From the NCBI GenBank assembly GCA_001600815.1, contig BCKZ01000006.1, forward strand, positions 964,137-1,028,136: 64,000 bases of DNA, written 5' to 3'. The position numbers and the translations under genes were made by a program. The stretch is from Alloascoidea hylecoeti (lineage: Eukaryota). How positions within the stretch are numbered: position 1 is the stretch's first letter; each line of letters starts with the position of its first letter. Positions 1 through 14,700 of the stretch are shown in pieces. The notes below the pieces were generated by a model. That model made no database searches, had not been told where the DNA came from, and worked only from the letters and a program-made list of their open reading frames with translations.

Positions 1-2263
1 CCAATTTGAAACCACCCCCATATTTATATTTTTTTCTTTCTTAAAAACAATAACCAGTTATTCAATTAAGAAGCATATAATAATGAGATAGAATAGATAG
101 AATAAAAGAATTTCTTCGAATATATATATTAATTAATTATAATAGTATCAACTGCCAAGAGATATTCGCTTGCATTAGCTCTAGATATCAATATCCTAGT
201 GAACATGTGCACACACTTATACATTTATTCAATAAAGAAGTGTTTATTACAATGAATTAGCATACTATTATTTTCTATTAATACAATACTTATAGAAAAA
301 CGTGTGTATATTTAGCGTATATATGAACTAATTAAATAGTAGCAATAACTTTAAATTATGTTCTCATTTATCTTCACAATAAAGCATATAACAGAAATAG
401 TGGGGGTTGGGACAGCAGTTTCATAGCGCGTCATTATTAAAGAGTACCACAATGATATAAAACTACAGTTACAATCTCAATTAACATTCCGATCTTCGCG
501 ATGGGATTTTAAAATACACATGAGGATAATAAATACAAGTATTTCAGTAATTAGATTCAAGATAACGCTTTAATTATTAGATTAAGAAGCGCTATGTTAT
601 ACATATGGCTACCAGCCCTATATTATCACTATACATGGTCAATAGCCCTACCTATTAATAATTCACCTCTTCCAGATTCTTAAATATTCTTACATAGTTA
701 AATATTTAACTATTTATCTATATAAGAAGAGGTTTTCCCTCATTTTCTAATAGAACAAGTTGATTTCGACTACATATCTTTCAGATAACAGTAGATTCGA
801 TCTTAAACAATATAACACGCTAAGTTTATATGGGATATATGGTGGTTTATCTTGAATACATGTAGGCAATAATGATATGTTACCCAGCTATATTTATAAT
901 AGTATAAGTTATATTATATATATGATGATGTTTTGCATAATTATTTTAAGTGAGCCGTTAGCCTAAATAGATTAAATTAAGTTTGATATCATATCGGTAA
1001 TACAATAAAACTACTGAGCGATGATTTTATTGACTAGCAACTGAGAGCTAGAATTTGTAACGTAACACTAATATATATTGATTTATTCTTGTTTTTCTAT
1101 CAGAGAGATATTTATTCAACATGTAATCCTTTTCAAAATAAAATAACCCACGATTGAGAGCAAAAATGGAATAATTTTCCCCTAGCTTACATGCTAATAT
1201 TTTAAAGTTCATATCTGTTGATCCCAGCTAGAAGTTTATAATTTAAACCGATTTAGCAGATTTTTCCCCAATTCATTTCATTCTAAAGTTAAATCTGTGA
1301 GTTAAGGTCCAATTAGGATAGAAGCAAATCTTTTCGTAAGCTTAACCCTTTTTTCTTTCATATCTCTTCTTTCATTTTTATAGGGAAAATCTTTAGCAAT
1401 ATTCAACGATGTATCCATTTTTTAATCTGCTGACTCATATCAATATATTCTACCATGTTAGCTCCGTAAATACCATCATCTTTGTCTCTTGATCGATAGT
1501 TTAATTCATATAATATATCTACAGTCATAATATCAGAGATTTTTAAAATAGCATATTATTGATATTCATAGAATTCTTTTTATGTGTATTTAGCCTAAGC
1601 TTCATTCTCCACTTTCATATTATACATGTTCTGTTTTCTCTTTATATTATCATTTATGGTTTTAGATCAATTCAGTTTATCTGTCTACTCTAATTCCGGC
1701 TCTAGTTGTGATAAGTTAGATTAAATTAATATAACTGGAGATTTAGTTATCTGGAATCTAGATATACTGGTAGATGATGATATGCACATACACTAATTAA
1801 TCATATATCGATATATCGAGAATTGACCTGCAGCTGCGTATATGTCCGTTATACGCTTGAAAGCATTATCTAACAATAATATATCTACACATGGTAATAA
1901 TTTTCTGCCTTAAGCTTATAACTTATAATTATAAGATAAGATAAAATCTATTTCTTTAACTCAAGTTCATTCAACACACCAAAAAAACTGCTTTAAAACT
2001 AGACAACATAGTCTATAAACCGATTCAAACATAATATGAAGAAGAAACTCGATAAACATCAAAACGCTTATAAATAAAAAACGAAATTCATACCTACAAT
2101 TGCAATGAGAAAATAAAATTTATAAAAATTGAAAGAAAAAATCAAATGTTATAAAGATAAATGAAGATAAAATCACAAAAATAGTTTTTAAAAAAAAACA
2201 AGGGACGGTATCCAATTTGATACATTTTTTGTAGAGTGTCAAGAATCATTAAAATTACTTTTG

Positions 2264-4942
2264 TTAAACACTACTAGGTTCCATACCCATGTTATCATCA
2301 TTATGATTTAGATCATTAACATCATTGAAATCATCGATAACCATTTCATTCTCATCAACATTAGGCTTCTGTACCTTATCATTTAGGGAAAAATTAAACT
2401 GTAAGAATGATTCTTTTTCTATGGCCCAAGTTAACCATTCATCAATCCAACAGCGGACTATCCACCAAGCACCAAATCCACTACCACCATTTAAAGTTAT
2501 ATCTCTTAATATACTGGTGACCAGATTATTTAAATATAGTATGACTATTCTAACATGAATATCAGAAAATCTTAATGGTATCGAGGATAAAAACTGAGCC
2601 CATTTAAGGATGACCTCTTCGGAAAATGACAAGCCAGGATGCGTTGAACTTAATTCCTTTTTAGTCTTAGAGGGTGATATTTGAGATATAATAAATGATG
2701 ACGATGACATTTTTCCATCGTGCATTGGTGAACCCAATCTTTTAATTGGGGCTTCCTTTGATTTTGGAGTAATTACGGGAGATTGATCTATTTCATTATC
2801 ATTATTGCTGTTATTACCATTTATTGAGTCCGTGGTATCATTATTAGTATCGCTCATACTTTCAACTACTGGCTTGTCTTCTGGAATACCATATTTTAAT
2901 AAATCAATAACATCTTTAGTTAAAAGTTCTAAAACAAGCTTTCTTTTTGCTTCTCCAAATTCACAATTGATTTCTCTATAAATTATCATATTAAAATCGA
3001 CCAATTTAACCCAATCTCCTAGCATAACTTCAAGATCAATTGGATTACTGAGAATCTTGCCAGCCGCCAAAGCAGTTTCATTTACCCTAACTAGACCAGA
3101 TATTAAATTTGCAAACTTTGAAATAGATTTTAACTTCATTTCCAAAAATTTATCCAACCTTTGTTTTATTCTTTCTGATGCTTCTTTATTATATCTTTCT
3201 TCTGTTTTATTAATCATCTGTTTAATCCAATTCTGTAAAATCTTTGTAAAGTTTTCAACTATGCAACATGATATGTTTTCAAGTGCCGTTAGAACCTGAG
3301 AAGGAACATTTTGCAATGCAAGAGGTGAAATCATTTTTAGCATTTCTTTATACATATCAAGATCTGAGCTAATGATCCATATATCAAATACATTTGTATT
3401 ACTATTGCAGTCACCAAACTGTTCCAAATCTTGAGCCCAAAACACTTGTTCTAAATTCCGGGTTAATGCTGAATCGGCTTTATGATATGATTCAACTAAC
3501 TGGAAAAACTTTTTAATATGTAAAAATCTTAACGCTTCTGCCAATTCATTGCAGTAGTTAGTATAAGATTCAATCAAACTTGATATTGTTGGTTGATTAT
3601 TTTGTAGTATGGTCTGTGATATAAAAGGCTCTATAGGTCGTAATACTATTTTCTGAATGACATGAGGGACCATACTGATGTTAGCAAACGCCTCAGTTAA
3701 TTTAACTTTAGGTGTCATAGAAATAAGAGGATCATATGATTTTTGAATGAATTCTCTATTGTTTAAATTCATTTGAGTAGCTAATGGTGGAGACGCAGAC
3801 CCTAATGGATTGATAAATAAACTATCGTATTGTGTACTGTCAATATAAGGTAAATCAAACAACGGCGTTATACTTCGTGTTGGTTTATGATTCTCTGGTT
3901 GGGCTTGAGGTGGTTCATTATCAATTAATCGTATTCCACAGTAATGGTATTTTGATTGCCCTCTCGTGCCCAATCTTCTAGTCGTTATATCAGGGAAAAT
4001 ACCTTTAACTAGTTTACCGAAAGCAGCCTGACCCAAAGGTTTTAGATGATTATTTGCACATATAGAAGCATATTTTGCAAATATTCGATTTCGTGGAACA
4101 GCCGAATCCATTGAAATTTGACAAGTTTTTAAAATAATGATGATTCCTAATAGTTGTTTACTTCTTTCAGTTTGATCTTGAAGGTCTATGTCATGTTTTA
4201 AGATATCCTGAACCGAATCATCAATTTTACCAAGAGCAAGATGCCGTAAGTCATCCATTGTTTCGTCATTACGGGTATTGGTGTTATGCCCGGGCGTGGT
4301 ATCATTTTTGCGATAGACCTTTCCATTAGGGGTTGTTATTATTCTTGGACTATTGCCATTGCTTATAGAACGCATAGAACCAGGCGAGTTTCCAGACAAA
4401 TGAGAAGGAATCATATGCAGTTGAATTGGGGTGTGAACAGAAGGAGAGCCAGAAGGTCCAGAAGAAGCCATGGGAGGAGAACCGTTAAAAGAAACATGAC
4501 GGGAGTGCAGTTGAAGCTGGTGGTACTCATTTGCTGTCACTGACTCCTGAATTTGGAGTTGTGAGCTGGCTGAATATGACTGGACCTGCGAAGGAACAAT
4601 ATTTATGTGCTGTTGGTGCCCTCCAACAGGAATATCCATGGACTTGTCCCGACCCCGTGGGTCATTCTGAATGCTGTCTAAATTGAAATTATATTGTTGA
4701 AGAGAAGAGACGCGAGGATCAGGACGGTTGTTGATGTCAATGTTGGTGTTAAAGTTTTCATTGGGATTCTCTTCATTATATGTGCGTTTCAATTGAGAAG
4801 TAGCGTTGTGATTGGAAGATGTGTCAATCTCCTTGGTGACATTATTGGCCATTTGGTAAATATTTGTTTCTTGCTTGTTTGGTTCTAAGTTGGCTCCTAA
4901 AGCCGGGTCTATTGCCATGCCATTTCGTAGAACTTGATCCAT
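2264..4942 (-). CDS. RFX1: RFX-family transcription factor (Rfx1/Crt1-like), 892 aa
   Basis: RFX DNA-binding domain signature AVPRNRIFAKY...LGQAAFGKLVKGIFPDITTRRLGTRGQSKYHYCGI; C-terminal dimerisation-type motif GSGFGAWWIVRCWIDEW. Confidence 0.93.
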   Translation of the reverse strand: MDQVLRNGMAIDPALGANLEPNKQETNIYQMANNVTKEIDTSSNHNATSQLKRTYNEENPNENFNTNIDINNRPDPRVSSLQQYNFNLDSIQNDPRGRDKSMDIPVGGHQQHINIVPSQVQSYSASSQLQIQESVTANEYHQLQLHSRHVSFNGSPPMASSGPSGSPSVHTPIQLHMIPSHLSGNSPGSMRSISNGNSPRIITTPNGKVYRKNDTTPGHNTNTRNDETMDDLRHLALGKIDDSVQDILKHDIDLQDQTERSKQLLGIIIILKTCQISMDSAVPRNRIFAKYASICANNHLKPLGQAAFGKLVKGIFPDITTRRLGTRGQSKYHYCGIRLIDNEPPQAQPENHKPTRSITPLFDLPYIDSTQYDSLFINPLGSASPPLATQMNLNNREFIQKSYDPLISMTPKVKLTEAFANISMVPHVIQKIVLRPIEPFISQTILQNNQPTISSLIESYTNYCNELAEALRFLHIKKFFQLVESYHKADSALTRNLEQVFWAQDLEQFGDCNSNTNVFDIWIISSDLDMYKEMLKMISPLALQNVPSQVLTALENISCCIVENFTKILQNWIKQMINKTEERYNKEASERIKQRLDKFLEMKLKSISKFANLISGLVRVNETALAAGKILSNPIDLEVMLGDWVKLVDFNMIIYREINCEFGEAKRKLVLELLTKDVIDLLKYGIPEDKPVVESMSDTNNDTTDSINGNNSNNDNEIDQSPVITPKSKEAPIKRLGSPMHDGKMSSSSFIISQISPSKTKKELSSTHPGLSFSEEVILKWAQFLSSIPLRFSDIHVRIVILYLNNLVTSILRDITLNGGSGFGAWWIVRCWIDEWLTWAIEKESFLQFNFSLNDKVQKPNVDENEMVIDDFNDVNDLNHNDDNMGMEPSSV

Positions 4943-5751
4943 ATTGTGTATGTCTTACAATTATCGTTTAATGGTCAATAAATAGTGCTCATACAGACTT
5001 GAAAAAAAAAATTGGAAAAGAAAACGAGAATAACAGCAAACGTTGCAATAGGGATTTCCTAATTATGTCCGAGACAACCTGAGATGGATGGATCGATGGA
5101 ATAATTAAGCTTCTAATGAGACTTTATGGATTATAAGGGTGAAGATTTGAAAAGTTTAAGATAACGTTAACGATACAGTTAATAGCAAAGTACAGCTTTC
5201 ATACCAAGATATATTCTTGATGGACAGCTTGAATACGTCCCCGAAAGTAATGTGAGAAAGTTGAAAAGACCTACTTTAAGCCTTGAAGGTGCTTTTGAGT
5301 AGATGTTCAGAAGATCTGGAAATGGTAAAGAGCGCGAGAAAAGCTTGGGCGGAGAGAAGTTATATACGCGTATGTTTAGTTTTTAAAATTCTTGAAAAAA
5401 AATTTGATCTTCAAATCAACAAATCAAATATCCATATAAATTCTATTTGCGCCACAATGCTGATTGAATTGAAATGCTAATTTCTACAATATATTGACAA
5501 GGAAAACTATTGCTTTCGTGCTCATGAAAATATACACTGGATGCGGAGATATCACGTGTAAAGGAAGCAAATAATATAAGGTTTAACAAAAAGTTCGTGC
5601 CTGAAATAAATCTACATGAGAATCAAAACAATTAATACTAATAACAAAATCAAAATACAGTATTATTTTTAAAATAAATTAAGCAAGTAAATCAACTTCA
5701 AAATAAAATATAATTTTTAGAACAAAAAAAAGGAATTAAAACAACTTCTTT

Positions 5752-8700
5752 TTACAATTTATTCATCTTATAATTTGGAACAGGCTTTAATAACCCTTCA
5801 TTAATCAGATCCTCAATAACTGATCTATTAATATGTGATCGCAATTGGCCATTGCTTATCACTCTGTTCGCTATTTTACAAATTTCCCGATCATGAAAAA
5901 TGTCCCATCCCATCCCATTGCTCGGCTCCGTTATCAAACTTAGTGCTCTCCCAAAATTTTGTGTAGCTGCCTCAAAATGCCCATCCAAGGCTTGATAGTA
6001 TCCTAAATATGAATAAACAACAGGATTATCTTCATCAATACTCAAAAACGTGTTAATTAATCTGCTCAATTTTTCACTTGGGTTAACTGCGACTTGTCTT
6101 CCGATTCCTGTTAATATTCCCCAAAAAATATCACTCATAACATAAATCTTTTTGGCTCTTTCATTAATATAACCAACCATGCTTAACGCCCTTTCAAATG
6201 CATTTAGCCCCTCCAAATCCCGCTTATTTGTATATAACACTTCACCATATAAAACATAATACATCGGATCCGGTCGTGTCATTTGTGAACGCAAAACTCT
6301 TTCAATAACATCAATTCTTTTAGCTGTATGCCACCTACTAACTTGAACATATAACGTCAAATATAATGACTCCTGTGGTTCTTCTTGGACCAACCTTTCG
6401 AGTATATCAGTAGCTTTCGCAAATTGTTCATTTTGATAATAGAATATAGCAAGGTACGCTTCAATTCTAACACCAGTCTCTGTTCTGCCAAATGTTGCAG
6501 CCAAATCTTCTAATTGTTTAGCTTTTTGATTCCATCGTTCTTTTAACGCTTTTTTGAAAATGACTTCACGTTTATTATTATCTTCAATATATTGTGTTGC
6601 AATTTCTCGATCGTAACTATTTAAAGCACTTAGTTCATTATTCATTGTAACTGGATCAGGCAAAATTTTGGGAAATAAATAACCTTTATATTTCTTCGTT
6701 TCTTTATTAACAATATTCCATTCCTTACAGGCTGAATCTCCTAATTGTTTAAATTCTAATTCGATACTATCACAGAGTACACTTTTAATAAAGCTTGATA
6801 AACGACTATGTTCATCGGCATAATTTAATGCAATTGCCTTTTCAATATCAAGTAAACCATCTTCCTTTTGCCCACTAAATATTTTTGAAACTCCTCTATA
6901 ATCATAAGCAATATAAGAATATTCAGAATCGAGATTGACTGCAGATGTGAAATGTCTAATTGCATCAGGTAAATATTTCGGTTCACAACGATCTAACATA
7001 TCAATACCTAACTTTAAATAATAACCAAATTTCCCAACATTTGATCTTTCTTCAACCAATAATTGTGGTAATTTTATAAATGGCCAAAAGTCAATTAAGA
7101 ATGATATTTGATATTTTGTCATTGGTTTTACATTAGTAATTTCAACTGATGAATTTTGTAACAATAATCTACTTTTCTTTTTAGATAATTCTGAAAAGTA
7201 ATCTTGTACTAATTTTAATCTAATTGATTTCAACCTAGTAATAATTTCTTTATTATGTGAATCCATGAAAAAAGCAGTTGCTATTGCATCATAAGCAGCA
7301 CCAAAATTTCTATTTTTGATTTGTAAACCAAATGCTCTTTTATAAAAATTAGATTTTGTTGGATCTAATTCAATTGCTTTTATAATATCTTCCAAAGATT
7401 TATCAAAATCATTTAATGATGCATAACAAATTGATCTATTGGAATATAATGATGGATTATTGAAATATCTTAAACCTTTTGAAAATTTAAGAATAGCATC
7501 CCTATATTTTCGTTTTTTCATTAATAAACATCCTTCAATTCTATACCTAACAGCAACAGTTTGTCTATCATTTACCGATAATGATTTAATATAATCTTCC
7601 CGACGAGCAGGACCTTCTTGTTGATGTCTTTCCTGTTTAAACTTCTTTTTCAAATTTGAATCATATTGCCTAAAAGGTATCAAAGAACTTTCACTAATCG
7701 ATTCATCTGAAGATCCGTAATAATCTTGATCGAAGATTTCAAGATTTGCTCCAAGTTTGGATTCCTCATCTAAAATATCGGCAGTTGAAATTCCATCACG
7801 ATCAAGACCACCACGATTATTACCATTTGCTATAATAGTATTTGGACTACTAGGTATGATTGTATTTTGTAGTATATTATGGTCATTAATATATTTCACA
7901 AGTTGATTTGTACTATATTTTTTATGTTTAATGATTTGTGGCTTTTTAGATGGTATTTGTTCCTCTCTAAGATTATTTGGATTTCCACCAGATGGTTCCA
8001 TTATTGAATTATATGTTAATTGTTTAAAAGACCATATCGAAGCATCATCGTCAATTTCTTCTTCTGAGCCTTCCTTTATACTTTGATTCGTTGTTCCTGA
8101 AGGTATCTTTTTATGTTTTCTACCTCGTATTTCAATACCGGAAAAAACACCAGCGCTTGAATCTAGATTATCATCAACACCAATATAAAATGAATCTGCA
8201 GATGATATCGATGCTTGAGATGCATTACTTCTTGTTGATTGCATTCTCATGATTTGTTTTGGTAATGGAGCAGGAACGCCCTTATCAAATGATACTTTTT
8301 TCTTATGATGCCTATCAATTTGTATACCAGAGAAAATATCACCAGTACCACCAATATTGTTTTCTAAATTATCATCCAAACCAATATATATCGATTCACC
8401 TGAAGTTGCAGAAGCCATGGAAGCCATCGATATTTGTGATGAACGTTTACGAAGTCTTTGACTTACTTGTCTTTGAGGAGTATCAGGAAGATGAAATGAT
8501 ATCCTTTTAGTACCAGGACCAGAACTTGGTGGCGATGTACTATTATTATTTCCATTTGGAGTTTTGGATCCTTCTTTCTTACTCTTTACAATCGAAGAAG
8601 GTCGTGCTATTGGAATATTCTGGGGATTTGCTATTTTGGCAGAAGGGGGTGATGTTGTGATCGATTCTGAAGGTGAAACTATGGCTGTATCGGGTGCAGG

Positions 8701-11700
8701 TGTTGACGTTGCCAATGGCCCTGCCGATTCAGGTGATTTTGATGTTTCCAATGTCGTTGCTTGTTCGGGTGTTTTTGCTGCTTCTAATTGTATAGATGAA
8801 GGTGAAGCATCGTCATGTAGTTGTAGTGGAGATGACTTTACATCAGGAGTCGATTGGATTATATTAGAGATGGGAGATTGGCGTGGAGGTTGTGGAGAGG
8901 GCCGAGAAGGAGGTATAAGATCTCGATTACTTTTAGTTTGAATTTTCACAGGGTCTGGATTTAAGCTTTCAGATAGTGGACCATCGACAATACCCAATTG
9001 AGACGGTTGAGACGGGAATTTATAAGGATGTTGTGGAGCATCTATTGGCGGTCGATATGGAGATTTGAATCTTTGGCCTATGGGACGTTCTGAAATTGGG
9101 TTCTTGAGAGGAAGTTTTCCAAGAGAAGGATTATCATTTGTAAGAACAGGAGCAGAAGCATTAATATTAATATTTTGTTCCAATCTTTGGCGGACGTCGA
9201 ACGGCAGTGGTGGATGAGATTGTGGTGATATTAGTGGCGAAGAAACAGCTGGAGAAGTATCCAGACGACGAGGATGGTATCTTTGACCCCTTGAAGGGTG
9301 CATCTGTGGTGTGTAAAAATTGCCGTACCGGTCCATTTCCGCAGGATTACTGTTACGTCGTTCATGAGGGTTTCGTTTATCAAGGATTTCGGTATCAGAT
9401 GCCACTGCCGTTGGAATAGGAACAGGCTTGCTGAAAATATACTCCTCGTGAGGGGCTGGCATCAGACTGCCATTAACCCCGGGATAAGGGCCATTAAGAC
9501 CAGGTCGTGGCGGAGCATCTCTTCTGAAAATACCATCTATCCGTTGTTCGTAGGATGGAGTGTGTGGATCTCCTCTTCTCAGGTTGATCTTGCTTGTCGT
9601 AGTATTTGTCGAGGCATTCGTGTTGTCGGATTGATAGCCAGACTTGTCTTGACTTTTAGCTACCTCGGTCTTGACCTTTTCCAACGCCAGGTTTCGGAAT
9701 TTCTTGGAGGACGCCACCAGGGAAGCCGCCCTGCGAATTTCATCCGCGAGATCGTTGGGGCCTCTTCCCGTTCCAGGTGTACGTTGGTTGCTATTTCCTG
9801 CTTTTCTCATTCCTTTTGGAATAAAATAAATAATTAGTGTTAATTAGTTGTCATAATCAAGAAAACAAAAACAAAAAAAAATAATATTGAAACATACCAT
9901 CAGTTGGCAGGGGGGATGCGTCGGATTGCCATGCTGAGACGGGAATGGGAACTTTCTGGCTCTCGCCTGAAAAGATGTTAGATAAAAACAACATTTATTC
10001 CCATAATTAAAGGATTTGATGGAGGTTTACAATTATTAATTGTGTAAACATACCTGACAGCATATCTTCCACGGTAACGGCAGTTTCAAAGAGTGGCTGT
10101 TTGTAGCCACTGCACGAATTTAGGTCGAAAGGATCATTCTTCAACGACCCCGTAGAATTGGAACTTTTGGAAGGAAAAATCTCGTATCCCTTTGCTGAAT
10201 ATTCTAGAAAATAAATCCTTGTTAGTGACATTTTTATAAGCTTGTTAAGCACTATTATTTAATAAATACCCGGGTGGCTCCAATTGCTACTTTTAGGTGA
10301 AACCTCTTCGTCGTAGTTTGGTGAAACAAATGAAAATTGTTCATTGGGCATCTGATAAGGAGTAATATGCTGGTTATTTGTTGCCATGTGCTCATTTTCC
10401 TTTAATGTCTCCGAAAATTTGAAAGCAGGCTTGAGACTTTCTTTCATTTTACCTGACCTATATTGTTTATTATGTCTTTCTATTGAAGGTACATGCGTAA
10501 CATATCGACTCTCAATATCTTGTAAATATTGCTCATCTAAATCTTCTTCAGGATATTTCGCTACTGTGGTGTGAAGTCTTCTAATTGATGTTTCGGCCTG
10601 GGGAGTTTCATTTATTGTATGTAAACCATGCGCTTTATTCTTTTCCTTTAATTGTTTTTCAAAATCAAAGATATTAAAATCAGATTCATCAGAACTGGGT
10701 TGATCAATATTTTCCTTTAATGGATTAAAGTTTAATCTAATTATTGTTCGGGAATTAAAGTTTGAAGATGATGGCCTTTTACCATGACCTGGTCGTTGTT
10801 TCCACGATCCATCTAGAAAAACAAAAAAAAAAGATTGTTAGTTCAGTTTATATATTTATATACTTAAAGGATAATGCTTACCCCTTGATGAGCTGGTCCG
10901 TAGAAGTTGTGAAACTTGTGGAAGTCTATGATCATCTGAATCACTAGAGATGCTATTATATCTGTTGCGAAGTGATGATGATCCTAATCCTATTCGAACA
11001 ATACTTGGAATATCTTCCATAGTAGTGGAAGAATCTTGTGATCTAGATTTAGATTTTGAAGTGCTCGATCTGTGTCTTCTAAAAATTAAACTTTCGGTTG
11101 TAGTAGTAGTACTCGGACTATTGGCGTTTCCTTTTTTAAAATATGGTTCATTATCATTAGTTTGCATATCATGATCTACTGTAACAAAAGGTGATTTTTT
11201 AGAATTCATCTTAGATTTATCTTCTTTTACAATAACAAGAGCAGGAGCAGGAGTCAAGTGGCTTGAATTGGGGGTCAAAGGCACGTTATACTTTTTACCA
11301 GCTAGTTCTTCAATATTAACATCTTTTGCATTTGGTAACTCTTGTTCATAATTAATTTCCTTTCTAGGGCTATCAGATTCTCCGATTAAAAGTTCACTTG
11401 TTGATTCTAACTCTTCAGTAATCAACTGTTCTAATGATTCTCTCATTTTTATTTTCAGAACACCAGGTTCTTCGGTATGCTGCTTCAAATCTTGAGCATA
11501 TTCTTCATAGGGTACAAGTTTTAAAACATATTTACCTCTATTTTCAGTAGTTGGGGAGTGAACAGCTTTTACTATTGATGTTCCGACTGGTAACTGTTTA
11601 GAGGTTTTGGGAGATTGTTTTTGTCTTTTGCTAATTTCATCTTTGGGGATAATTGAAGTTTGAGCAGGTATAAAAATTGCCTTTGGTGGTCTTCTTATTA

Positions 11701-14700
11701 AAGATTTATTTACTATATTTTTAATTGGTTAAGTTAGTCAAGAATAAAAATGATGTTCATTGAAATTGAATTCGTAAACTTACATCTTGTGATCGGGGAA
11801 TTAGGAGCAAAGGATGATATCCGTGGGGTCTCCGGTGTTTCCTGACTTTTTGCAGAGATAGCTGAGTTGAAGGTAGGGGTTGGAGTTGGAGTTGGAGGAG
11901 AAGCAAAAGTTACAGATTTTCTGGAGTATGGAGTATTAATGTTATCAGCACTTAATGGTGTTGGTATATTATTATCGTAATATTTGTCTGTGGGTGAATG
12001 TGGAGAACCTGGCTCTGTGATTATTTCTGGGTTCCCAACTTGCACGCCATAGTCATTACTTAATTGAACACCGGTAGAATTTTCATCTGTGTTTACACCT
12101 GTTTCAACCCTAATCACCTTTCCATTATCAGTTGTAATAGCTGGCGGTTCCTTCTCTTCATTTTCAAATTTCCGTGATGATAAAATAGAAGTATTTTTTA
12201 ATTTCAAATCTGAAAGAATAACGTCATCAATATTTTTATTAGTTGAGTTGTCAATTTCAAAACTATCACCCAATTTCGACCTCGACAAATCTATCGTTGA
12301 TCCACTACCAATCTCACTTAATTCTTTGATTTGAATATCTGATAAACCAGGAGATGATGCTAAGTTGATGACCGAGTCTGGGTCTAATAATGTATTTGGT
12401 GAAGCAGAACGGGCTAAACAGTGAATGTTAATGTTAGTGATTGCACTATAACTATATATTTGTTGTAACTTACCATCCAATTCATCAATCTTTTTAACAA
12501 TTGAACCATCTAATGGTTTTAATCCATTACTTTCTCTCATTATTTCTGACCTAGTGAATCCTCTTAAGTCAGCAACCGAAGATCTTCGTTTGATTTCTTT
12601 ACATATTTCATCGTCATTCTCATCCACTTTATCCAAATTTGATCCAATTTTCTTTCTTTTTTTATCAAAATCAGTTAAACTTCTAGTTAATCGGCGGTTA
12701 AAATTGGTTCGAGGTTTTGGTTCTGGAATGGATCTTTTCTTTTTTCGAGAAATAATTTCTTTGATATCTTCGGAATCAAGAAAAGTAACCATTGTATAGT
12801 TGTTTTTAGAATGTTTAGGATCAAAAGTAAGATTAGAATCAGATCTTCTAGGATTAATATTTGGCTTAAATAGTGGTTTATTCATTGATGGAAGAAACTG
12901 TAGTGATGTTGCTTTATTAACATGTTTCAACTTCGAAAAACCTCCTCCTTTTTGTTGTTCTTCACGACCTAGAGTGGTCTTTGAACTTTGTTTATCTAGT
13001 TGAAACTTTGGTGAATTTAATATAGCATCAGTTTTTATTGGTTTTATTTTATCAAATGCTTTAAATTCCTGTGTGATATCAGGATCAGGTTGTCTGGTAA
13101 TTTCCGTGACTTTTTCATTAGAAATCTCCAAAGAAGGCGCCAATGCTAGTGCATTACTTTCATTTGAATTTTGAATATTCTCAGTACCCTTTAGTGGTTT
13201 TGTCTCTACCAAGGATTCTGGAGAATTGTCTTTAACAGATTCATATTCATCTTCTACTGACATTTCAACATCATTATTTATGCTATTATCAATTCCGTCG
13301 CTCAGACCTTGATCAGTCATAGTGGAAATAGAATCGTTACGGAAACTTGATTGCCCAAACGAGCATATTGATCCAATGTCAGTAATCTTACCATCTGTTG
13401 AATCCACATCCAATATTGAATCAGGTTCTTGTAGCATCTCATTAGCTTCTTCAAAAAGATTATGTTCATTATTAATATCTTCATCGGAGTCATTTTCAAA
13501 TGGTGAAACGATTGAAACCATCGCAACTGAATTCATATTTTCAGAAACAATTGATTCAGGGCCAGAAAAATTATCTAAGTGATAGTCTTGGTTTCTTATA
13601 GATGAGAGACCATCACTTTGGTTTTCCAATAAAGGAGACTGGGCCTCATCAGTATACTTGTTATTATTTAGAAAACTCTTGGGCAACCCATCTAAGCCAG
13701 GTTGATGCTCCTCAAACTCGTGGTTATCGAAATAATTCAATTCATAAGGCCTATGATTATCATGGATAATTGATGATGTCTCACTATTATCAGAATTCTC
13801 AGATGGTGGAAGATTTAAAGAATGTTGTGATTTCAACCCCGTTTCTAATGATCCATATGATGAACGGTCATGTAATTTTGAAAAGTTTTTGAGAGTTTCT
13901 TCTTCAACTAACTTCGAAGGTTCTACTACAATTGGAGATGATAGTGAAGATGTTGATGATGACAGTATTTTATCATTATTCTTAAAGTGATTGTCGAGTG
14001 CCGTTTTAATCTTTAATTTTATTAATTCTTCTTGTGATAACGTTTCTGTTACTGGGGAATCAGAGTTTGAAATATCATTTATCATAGGGGTTTCAATTGT
14101 TTCTGGGTGCGATCCTTCAGAATCGGAATCAGAGCTAATAGGAAGAGCATAATTTATATCTACTGGTTGTAAAGCTTGGGATTCTGATGTTGAAGTTGAT
14201 AGATTCTGATGATTACTCGATGCTGTAGTTGTTGTTTCTGAATTTGAATCTGAATTCAACGGATCATCATTAATAGTACCAGATACTGTCACATTTTTAC
14301 CATTTTTCGTTCCTTCTTCTTCTGAGGCCGTTAAAGTATCCACTGAGGTTGTAGACTGTAATTGCTGCATATTACTGCTCAAGTATTCATCACTTGAATT
14401 AGTTATATCAGATGTTGACGGTCTCTTTTCCATTCTCATATTATTCTCTTTACCGTTTTTATCGTATGAATCAGAAAAAGTTGATTGAGCTGATAAATAT
14501 TTACTTGAATCTGAAGTTGAAGATGAAGTAGTTAAAGAATCTTCAATATTGGGTGAAATAAGGCTCTGAGAATTAGAATTATTGTTAACGGTAATTTCTT
14601 CCTGACTATTTCTTTTGGCAAGTTTGGGGAGATCTATGTGGGTATTAGCTCCATCTTCGCTATCTGTTAATCCTGTTTCAACCATTGTAGTACTTATATC

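Noticed and set aside
5040..5080. Possible X-box for RFX1 autoregulation (gttgcaatagg; gtccgagacaac)
   Set aside because: Only half-site matches; too weak to call
8259..9837. Plus-strand ORFs antisense to the giant gene
   Set aside because: Antisense shadows with no recognisable motifs
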